Of a DNA stretch of 64,000 nucleotides, positions 43,741 to 50,178 are shown one piece after another (position 1 is the first letter of the stretch; every line of letters starts with the position of its first letter). The DNA lies in assembly GCA_024405635.1 (NCBI GenBank), contig JAKSOL010000007.1, forward strand, positions 40,755 to 104,754, written 5' to 3'. The notes below the pieces were generated by a model that saw only the letters and a program-made list of their open reading frames with translations, did no database searches and had not been told where the DNA came from. The DNA is from Salinivirgaceae bacterium (GTDB lineage Bacteria; Bacteroidota; Bacteroidia; Bacteroidales; SZUA-534). Both the position numbers and the translations under genes were made by a program.

Positions 43741-43832
43741 AAAGCCCAACAATAACATTGTCAGGCTTTTAGTGGTACGAGTCTTTCGACACGTACCCTA
43801 TCTCGGGGCTAACCCAGGGACTGCCATTTAAG
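43741..43832 (-). ncRNA. candidate structured small RNA, copy B
   Basis: The reverse strand carries TTTG (43865-43868), an 18-nt spacer and TAATTTTG (43839-43846), the same promoter geometry as copy A. It has a 10-bp stem with a GAAA loop and a terminator hairpin (43741-43770) shared with the convergent gene. Confidence 0.45.
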
Positions 43833-43912
43833 ACACTACAAAATTACAAAATTTTTTATAAAAGCAAAAGAAAAAGCGGTGAATGCAGCACCGCCTTAAT
43901 GTTGATTAAGTC

Positions 43913-44308
43913 CTAAAAGACCACCGCCTGCATGCGGTTTACAAGTTCGTTGTACTTGTTCTGTATTATTGCTTTCTGCTTGTCCGATACTGGTACAAGT
44001 TTACGTTTGTATTTGCGCATCATTGCTGCGTTTAGACCTATTTCCTTGGCGAATGCTGTGGCGTTGATAAATGGAAATTGCTCAAAGAACCCAGATATGT
44101 CGTACACGTATTCTACTGCGATATTGTCACTATACCAATCTGGGTATTTCCCTGTTTGTTCCATGTGGTATTTGGCTTGCTCAACCATAACTTCCTCGAA
44201 GCATGTTTTAGCCTCTTGTTCTGTCATGCCACTGCCGTACACGCCTTGCGCATCGTTGGTGTAAATAGCAAAACCTCCGTCTGCGCCCCTCTCAATAACT
44301 GCTTTCAT
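43913..44308 (-). CDS. HicB-like antitoxin family protein (no hicA partner present)
   Basis: 131 aa. The N-terminus MKAVIERGADGGFAIYTNDAQGVYGSGMTEQEAKTCFEE is typical of the HicB/UPF0150 fold, and the C-terminal region is HTH-like. Confidence 0.6.
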   Translation of the reverse strand: MKAVIERGADGGFAIYTNDAQGVYGSGMTEQEAKTCFEEVMVEQAKYHMEQTGKYPDWYSDNIAVEYVYDISGFFEQFPFINATAFAKEIGLNAAMMRKYKRKLVPVSDKQKAIIQNKYNELVNRMQAVVF

Positions 44309-44393
44309 GTTCGTTTAGTTTTATCATTGTTCTTTAAAAAAAAAGTTGAACTGCCCCCCACTAAGGGGAGCAGCGTTCTACTTTAGTCCTGCG

Positions 44394-44428
44394 GTTTTAC
44401 ATAATGCTCAAACTCAGACAAGTAAAAC
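44394..44428. repeat. repeat copy 7 (consensus)
   Basis: Exact 35-mer. Confidence 0.95.
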
Positions 44429-45293
44429 GGCTAACGCTTTTTCAAAGGCAATTACCGAGCGCGAAGTCCGCAAAACCGACAAGTATGCTGCCGAGATTAA
44501 CGCCATTAAAGGCAAGTTGCTCGACTTTATCAACAAAGGCGCTGAAATTAAAGATTCGCACTTTGACAAATACAACGATATTGCTAACAAACAAGTGTTG
44601 CACCCATTTGTAAAAATTGTGCGTGCTTACATTAAGATTAACGGCAAAGAAAACGTTAAAAAGCAAGCCAACACCATTTGCACCAACATTGCAAATCTTT
44701 GCAAAGTATTGCCAGCCGATTTTGAATTTATGGCACAACTTAAAGCAATTGAAAAAAGCTTAAACAACTACATTGAGGGCAAAACAGCAACGCCTAAAAT
44801 GTTGCAAACCGAATTAAGCGGTTTAGGTCGCATTGCCGATAACGACGAAGATGCAAGCACTGCATATTTAGTTACTCTATCAAGAAAAGAAGTGTACGAA
44901 GATGGTTACAGAGATAGTGAAACATTGCTAAAATCTAACGACTACAATGCCGCTATTGCATTTTTTAATGACAAGAAAAAGCAATTGCAAAATATGGCAG
45001 AAGATGATGTTTGCGATTATGATTTAACTATGTGGGTAGGCGACTATGAGGATATTGTAGAAGAAGAATTTGCAGATTTTATAGGAGAACCAACCGATGG
45101 TTATGCGGTTTTAATTAAAGACAGCCATGGTTACTTAATAGAAAATGGCGATGGAAAAACCGAAAGGGATTTTGTGCTCGAAGATTGTAAGGTAAAATTA
45201 GTTAAGAAAGACGAATTAACAGACGAAATACAAATTAGTTTTGGATTTCCAAAACGATGGGTAAAATTAGGTTTAATACCTTCAAGATTATAA
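44429..45293 (+). pseudogene. 5'-truncated ORF of unknown function (mobile-element-like)
   Basis: The frame is open from repeat copy 7 for 100 codons before the first ATG. Track ORF 44346..45293 reads through the repeat (VLHNAQTQTSKT). It shares a YI-x-x-x-TATP motif with the N-terminal part of 45929..46789. Confidence 0.55.
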
Positions 45294-45309
45294 GATATAA
45301 CTAACAACA

Positions 45310-45340
45310 AAAAAGCCGCGCTTAAAGGCGTGGCTTTTTT
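45310..45340 (+). terminator. rho-independent terminator
   Basis: AAAAAGCCGCGC-TTAAA-GGCGTGGCTTTTTT. Confidence 0.7.
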
Positions 45341-45426
45341 ACTTTGACAAGGCAAAGTACCTTGATGGCGCAGGGGCGTTAATCAATATTTCAGCCTAAC
45401 GACAACGTCCGAAACGTATTCCCTGA

Positions 45427-45948
45427 TTGTCCGATGCAAGTATAAGGAAAAAATATATACACAAACAAGATATGCGAGAAAAAATAATAGAATATATCAA
45501 AAAGGCGTGGAACGGCGAAAAATGCAGCAGATTGCTGGATATAACCAGTGCAATTGACATACAAGCACTGGAAGTTGCAAATAGTATAATTGATAAATTA
45601 AACGAAATACAAGATAGAGAAAAATACGACCACATTAAAAAAGTTAAAATATATGCAGTCGATTTTGATCACACAAAAGAAAGACATTTTGGTGCAAATG
45701 AAACAAGGACAGACCAAATACCTTTAACATTTGATGATATACCTTTGTTAGTCGATACTTTATTGTCGCCGCAATTGGTAAGATTAGGAACATTACGCCA
45801 AGATACAGGAGCAGGAATACACTTTATTAGCCAGTTGGATAATGGTAAAATGATTTGCGTACTAATAAAAGTTAAGCCGCAAAAAGAAACTTATAAAAAT
45901 AGAACAATATATAAAAAGAAATTAAAAGATGGAAGCAAGAATAGTTGA
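45427..45948 (+). CDS. PBECR-like (Barnase/EndoU/ColicinE5-RelE-like) nuclease domain protein
   Basis: The motif DFDHTKERHFGANETRTDQIPLTFDDIPLLVDTLLSP resembles the H-x3-RH ... pit-x-eDi pattern of polyvalent-protein nuclease domains. The likely start is ATG 45472. Confidence 0.45.
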   Translation: MSDASIRKKYIHKQDMREKIIEYIKKAWNGEKCSRLLDITSAIDIQALEVANSIIDKLNEIQDREKYDHIKKVKIYAVDFDHTKERHFGANETRTDQIPLTFDDIPLLVDTLLSPQLVRLGTLRQDTGAGIHFISQLDNGKMICVLIKVKPQKETYKNRTIYKKKLKDGSKNS

Positions 45949-46789
45949 TTTTTATATGGTAGAAAACACCAATAAGGACAAACGCCTACGCTTAATGAAA
46001 ATGAAAGCGCTTGCACTGGCTGAACCGCTTGACGGTTTAGCCACAACCAAGTGTGCTAACAATCAACCTGCCGATATTGTTAATCGATATTTGGATTTAC
46101 TCGATAAGCCAACACGCGCCGCCGCAATGGGCGTTTTGTCGTCGGTTGAGCGCTTTATTGAGCAAGCCGATAATAATTACCCTTATATGGCTGAATTTGC
46201 GGCTATGGCTGTAAGTTTGAGCGATTATATTAACGAAGAAACGGCAACACCACAAATTGCAGCCATCGACCTTAATAACATTCATAAAATATCAGGCGTT
46301 AATGTTGATAATAGCGAATTAAAAGGCATTGTAAGTAGTAAAACGCTGCTTGCTCATCAGTTTGAGCCGCTGAACTTTGGTGGTAAGTGGAAACTGTTAT
46401 TTGGTCGCCCAACCGCGCCTTTTAAGGTAATGGTACACGGAGCGCCCGGAAATGGCAAATCAACTTTTGCTATACAATTCGCTAAATACCTTGCCAGCAG
46501 CCACAAGTTGCGTGTATTGTATATTGCTAATGAAGAGAGTTTTACATACACCTTTCAGGAGAAACTTATGCGCCTGAACGCAATAGACGACAACCTGAAA
46601 ATAGCCGATTCGCTACCTGATAACTTTGACGATTATGATGTAGCGTTTTTCGATTCAGTAAACACAATGAAACTCGATATTGACGATTTACGACGAATAT
46701 TCAAACAAAACGACAAAACTTCGTTTGTGTTGATTTTTCAAAACAACAAGAAAGGTCAATTTAGGGGTTCGCTTGAGTGTTTTACATAA
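45929..46789 (+). CDS. RecA-like/AAA ATPase (phage or plasmid type), 3' end cut by repeat
   Basis: Walker A is HGAPGNGKST and Walker B-like is YDVAFFDS. The ORF ends ...GSLECFT* with the last codons and the stop inside repeat copy 8. Confidence 0.55.
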   Translation: MEARIVDFYMVENTNKDKRLRLMKMKALALAEPLDGLATTKCANNQPADIVNRYLDLLDKPTRAAAMGVLSSVERFIEQADNNYPYMAEFAAMAVSLSDYINEETATPQIAAIDLNNIHKISGVNVDNSELKGIVSSKTLLAHQFEPLNFGGKWKLLFGRPTAPFKVMVHGAPGNGKSTFAIQFAKYLASSHKLRVLYIANEESFTYTFQEKLMRLNAIDDNLKIADSLPDNFDDYDVAFFDSVNTMKLDIDDLRRIFKQNDKTSFVLIFQNNKKGQFRGSLECFT

Positions 46790-46813
46790 TGCTCAAACTC
46801 AGACAAGTAAAAC
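46779..46813. repeat. repeat copy 8 (consensus, cas2-proximal)
   Basis: Exact 35-mer, 50 bp from the cas2 stop codon. Confidence 0.95.
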
Positions 46814-46863
46814 AGACTATTGGCTAATTTATTGAATAAGAGTATACTATCATTGGTTTGCTG

Positions 46864-47184
46864 TTAAAAAAAATCAATCAAATCGGGCTTTTTTAGCAAA
46901 ATCTCGTCATTTTTTCGTTTCTGTTTTCGTCCAAAATAATGGTAAGAAGCTTCGTTGTGTTTGTCATCTACCACTACTACACTTATTTGGCATTTGCCGC
47001 AAATAGCTTCCATTATTCGCTTTTTATGAACTAATGCGTTGGCCATAGAGTAACAATACCGTATATATAGATTGGAGTATAACTTATTGAATCCGTCCTT
47101 CTCTAGTTGACGCGAAAAATTCTTTTTACATTCCTTGCCTGTTGATGTGCGGTTGGAAATGTTCATAAAAACGTAAATCCACAT
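46864..47184 (-). CDS. cas2: CRISPR-associated endoribonuclease Cas2 (type II-like)
   Basis: 106 aa. MWIYVF.N...........F...L.KDGF......LY.RYC aligns with my recollection of type II-C Cas2. It lies immediately downstream of cas1 (3-nt gap). Confidence 0.8.
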   Translation of the reverse strand: MWIYVFMNISNRTSTGKECKKNFSRQLEKDGFNKLYSNLYIRYCYSMANALVHKKRIMEAICGKCQISVVVVDDKHNEASYHYFGRKQKRKNDEILLKKPDLIDFF

Positions 47185-47187
47185 AAC

Positions 47188-48045
47188 TTAAAACAATGAA
47201 GGGTAATATATTACACGTCGCTCACCTAAGTAAATCTGCGATAGCGAATAAGTTGTTTGTGACACATCGTCGGGTTTTATTGACTCGTAGAATAGCTCCA
47301 AAATGGCTTTTTTGAAGTTGTGGTCAATGCATCTTTGGCCGATGGTGTATAGTTCAAGCACTTTTTCGTCAACAAATGGTCGATATGGTTCCATAACATC
47401 GTCGCTCAACGGAAAGGAGTTGTATCGGTTTTTATGAAAAACACCAATCATTGGCAATAAACCTGAATTCATTAGCGCACGCGATACTACCGACCGCAAA
47501 ATGGCATATCCGTAGTTTAGCATATCGTTGGGACAATTGCCGTAACGGTCGCGTATAAAATCTTTGCCTAGCAAAAGTTTCCAATATGTTGCGGCTGCCA
47601 AAGCCTCGCGATTTGTTGTGTCGCCACTTTTAACATTCTTATGGTACTTGCTCAACACATCTTCTCCCTTGCCCAATTTTTGTAGCAATAGCGACTGGTT
47701 GTGTATCTTATGTTCTATTATCTGTTTCCAGATTTGTTTTCTAACGGGTTCTGTTGTCGCTAACTGCGCGTTAAAGGTCATTGTTTGCCGTACGTTTGAC
47801 TCTAAGTCTAAAGTCATGCTTACGGGCATGTGGCGCTCGTCGCAAAAAACTATGCTTATGTTGTTTTGAGACAACTTGTTAAGCAGTGGCACAGTGATGC
47901 GTACCGAATGGTTATCGACTAAAATACCCGACACGTCCTCTAACGAACGCATGATTGGGTCTTTATCTTCTTGACAAATTAAAAGCTGCCCATCTTTCAA
48001 CGATAGATCGGCTTTGTTTTCAAATACAAGTGTTTGTTTTGGCAT
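47188..48045 (-). CDS. cas1: CRISPR-associated endonuclease Cas1 (type II subtype)
   Basis: 285 aa, collinear with type II Cas1: IVFCDERHMP, NREALAAATYW, LNYGYAILRS, GVFHKNRYNSFPLSDDVMEPYRPFVD. The catalytic E, H and D/E positions are retained. Confidence 0.9.
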   Translation of the reverse strand: MPKQTLVFENKADLSLKDGQLLICQEDKDPIMRSLEDVSGILVDNHSVRITVPLLNKLSQNNISIVFCDERHMPVSMTLDLESNVRQTMTFNAQLATTEPVRKQIWKQIIEHKIHNQSLLLQKLGKGEDVLSKYHKNVKSGDTTNREALAAATYWKLLLGKDFIRDRYGNCPNDMLNYGYAILRSVVSRALMNSGLLPMIGVFHKNRYNSFPLSDDVMEPYRPFVDEKVLELYTIGQRCIDHNFKKAILELFYESIKPDDVSQTTYSLSQIYLGERRVIYYPSLF

Positions 48046-48167
48046 AATTGTTTTCTAAATGGTTTCTACTAAAGAATGAAAATAACAATGGGTGTGTAGG
48101 TTTGGTTGTACACAACCATATTTTTATTAACCTTGCAGTCTAAAATTTTGGTGGAGATATATCCACT

Positions 48168-48198
48168 AGAGTGCTTGGTAACCTCTTAAAAAACAAGG
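48168..48198 (+). promoter_or_regulatory. preQ1-I riboswitch candidate
   Basis: AGAGUGCUUGGUAACCUCUUAAAAAACAAGG. P1 pairs AGAG with CUCU. The loop CUUG (48174-48177) can pair with the tail CAAG (48194-48197) to form the pseudoknot. There is an A-rich tail, and the ATG at 48201 follows. The pattern parallels the Bacillus and Thermoanaerobacter preQ1-I aptamers, and the downstream genes are yhhQ-queC-queF. Confidence 0.7.
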
Positions 48199-48200
48199 AT

Positions 48201-48890
48201 ATGGTAAAAAAACAACCAACAGTGAGTGTGCTGTTTATGCTTTTCAGTGTACTCTTTTGTGTTTGCTTAATAGCTGCAAACATTTTCGAAACAAAGCAAG
48301 TGGCATTTTTCAGTCACAGCCAAACTGCAGGTGTAATTGTGTTTCCAATTTCGTACATCATAAACGATTGTGTGTGCGAGGTTTGGGGGTACAAAAAAAC
48401 ACGTTTACTCATTTGGCTTGGATTCTTAATGAATTTCTTTTTTGTAGCAGTTGGTGCTTTGTGCGATGCGCTTCCTCCTGCCGAGTATTGGGACAATCAA
48501 GCTGGTTTTCATGCAATTTTTGGACTTGCACCACGCATTGCAGCCGCGTCGTTTGTGGCTTTTGTTTGTGGCTCGTTTATCAATGCTTATGTAATGTCGC
48601 GAATGAAACTTCGCGATGGCGAGAATCGTTTTTCGCTTCGAGCTATCTTAAGTACAATTTTTGGCGAAAGTGTTGACTCTATTATATTTTTCCCATTGGC
48701 TTTGGGCGGCATTGTACCTTGGTCCGAAATGCCATGGCTAATGCTTTTTCAAGTTGGGTTAAAAACTGTGTACGAAATAATTGCTTTGCCAATCACTATT
48801 CGTGTAGTTCGTGCAGTTAAGCGAGCTGAAGGAACCGATGTTTACGATGAAGGTATTTCGTATAGCATTTGGAAATTGTTCGATTTGTAG
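48201..48890 (+). CDS. yhhQ: queuosine precursor transporter (YhhQ/VUT family)
   Basis: Polytopic membrane protein with the VFPISYIINDCVCEVWGY motif. The start is moved from the track GTG at 48171 to ATG 48201, because 48171-48198 is the riboswitch. Confidence 0.8.
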   Translation: MVKKQPTVSVLFMLFSVLFCVCLIAANIFETKQVAFFSHSQTAGVIVFPISYIINDCVCEVWGYKKTRLLIWLGFLMNFFFVAVGALCDALPPAEYWDNQAGFHAIFGLAPRIAAASFVAFVCGSFINAYVMSRMKLRDGENRFSLRAILSTIFGESVDSIIFFPLALGGIVPWSEMPWLMLFQVGLKTVYEIIALPITIRVVRAVKRAEGTDVYDEGISYSIWKLFDL

Positions 48891-48924
48891 GTGCGAGTAA
48901 ATTTTTAACCTAAAACCAAAAAAC

Positions 48925-49578
48925 ATGGATAGTGCATTAGTGGTTTTTAGTGGTGGACAAGATTCTACCACGTGCTTGTTTTGGGCAAAACAAAAGTTTA
49001 ATAGGGTTGTGGCCTTGTCGTTTACCTACGGACAAAAGCATGCAAAAGAAGTAGAGCAAGCAGAAATTATTGCTCGCGAGGCTGGTATAGAATGGCAATG
49101 TATTGATGCTAGTTTTATTTCAAATTTAGCATCTAACTCGTTAACCAACAGTACGATGCAAATGGATACTGAAAAACCCGCAGGTTCGCCTCCAAATACG
49201 TTTGTGCCTGGGCGGAATTTGTTCTTTTTGAGCATTGCAGCGGTAGTTGCTCGTGAACATGGCATAAAAAATATTGTTACAGGGGTTTCGCAAACCGATT
49301 TCAGTGGTTATCCCGATTGCCGCGACGAGTTTATTAAAAGTCTTAATCAAACCATAAATCTAGCAATGGATTACCAGTTTACTATACACACACCGCTAAT
49401 GTGGATTGATAAATGTCAAACTTGGGAAATGGCAGATAAGTTGGGCGTTTTTAATATTATTCGTACGCAAACAATAACTTGCTACAATGGAGTTATTGGC
49501 GATGGTTGTGGCAATTGTCCTGCTTGTAAATTACGTAAAATAGGATTGGATAAATATTTAAAAATCAGAAAAATATGA
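48925..49578 (+). CDS. queC: 7-cyano-7-deazaguanine synthase
   Basis: [15 protein letters not shown]-loop and a C-terminal Cys cluster, CYNG...[10 protein letters not shown]. Confidence 0.95.
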   Translation: MDSALVVFSGGQDSTTCLFWAKQKFNRVVALSFTYGQKHAKEVEQAEIIAREAGIEWQCIDASFISNLASNSLTNSTMQMDTEKPAGSPPNTFVPGRNLFFLSIAAVVAREHGIKNIVTGVSQTDFSGYPDCRDEFIKSLNQTINLAMDYQFTIHTPLMWIDKCQTWEMADKLGVFNIIRTQTITCYNGVIGDGCGNCPACKLRKIGLDKYLKIRKI

Positions 49579-50030
49579 AAAGAGAAGATGAAGGCTTGCA
49601 ACAACTTGGACGCAAAACCGAATACCGACAAGATTACGCTCCAGAGGTGCTTGAAACATTTATGAACAAACACCCCGAAAACGATTATTGGGTGCGGTTT
49701 AATTGTCCAGAATTCACATCGTTATGTCCAATTACCGGTCAGCCCGATTTTGCTGAAATTGTGATAAAGTACATACCTGACCAAAAGATGGTTGAGAGCA
49801 AAAGTTTGAAACTATATCTATTTAGTTTCCGTAATCATGGCGATTTTCATGAGGATTGCGTTAATATAATAATGAAAGACCTTATTAAGTTAATGGATCC
49901 AAAATACATTGAAGTTATAGGTCTTTTTACGCCGCGCGGAGGTATAAGTATTTATCCTTATGTAAATTACGGACGTCCGGGTACAAAGTATGCAGAACTG
50001 GCAAGTAAGCGTTTTGCTGAACACGAATAG
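49575..50030 (+). CDS. queF: NADPH-dependent 7-cyano-7-deazaguanine reductase
   Basis: 151 aa with the [11 protein letters not shown] and [18 protein letters not shown] motifs. An ATGA overlap joins it to queC. Confidence 0.95.
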   Translation: MKREDEGLQQLGRKTEYRQDYAPEVLETFMNKHPENDYWVRFNCPEFTSLCPITGQPDFAEIVIKYIPDQKMVESKSLKLYLFSFRNHGDFHEDCVNIIMKDLIKLMDPKYIEVIGLFTPRGGISIYPYVNYGRPGTKYAELASKRFAEHE

Positions 50031-50178
50031 CAATAAATATGCATAAGCAACGGTTGCTAACTTGAAAACTTGTTGAAAAATTAAGAGAAAGTACGTAGTC
50101 GTTTGTTCTTGTTCAATGGGTAAAATACATTAGTTTCGCAACACGAATAATAGTGCGCAAGCATTATAAAACAAAAAT

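Larger units (their letters stand above)
39043..46813. CRISPR. atypical CRISPR-like array: 8 direct 35-bp repeats separated by 412-2350 bp gene-bearing segments, adjacent to cas2-cas1
   Basis: Consensus GTTTTACATAATGCTCAAACTCAGACAAGTAAAAC. The six copies at 41441, 41928, 42375, 43200, 44394 and 46779 are identical. The copy at 40952 has 2 mismatches and the copy at 39043 has 4. Inter-repeat lengths are 1874, 454, 452, 412, 790, 1159 and 2350 bp. The last repeat ends 50 bp from the cas2 stop. Confidence 0.6.

Noticed and set aside
41829-44613. Track ORFs that start in or read through the 35-bp repeat: 41829..42020, 41899..42141, 42075..42461, the N-terminal part of 42416..42943, the 43192 start, the 44346 start, and 44404..44613.
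   Set aside because: They exist because two forward frames of the repeat are open (VLHNAQTQTSKT and FYIMLKLRQVK). Most are antisense to better-supported genes or out of frame with them. I kept only the portions supported by family-like sequence.
39043-46813. An integron-like gene-cassette array, with the repeats acting as attC-like sites.
   Set aside because: There is no integrase gene in the island. The repeats are identical rather than cassette-specific imperfect palindromes. The inter-repeat units carry truncated genes and multi-gene fragments in both orientations, not single complete promoterless ORFs.
46814-46863. Repeat-embedded or leader promoter for the array, analogous to type II-C repeat promoters.
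   Set aside because: The reverse-strand repeat contains TGAGTTTG, one mismatch from TAnnTTTG, but no conserved -33 element can exist because upstream sequence differs at each copy. The 50-bp AT-rich leader-like gap shows no clear box. This is too weak to call without transcript data.
48046-48167. Possible cas9 remnant or tracrRNA between cas1 and the que operon.
   Set aside because: Only about 120 bp are available, with no ORF and no stretch complementary to the repeat. I also found no anti-repeat (reverse-complement-like copy of the 35-mer) anywhere in the window.
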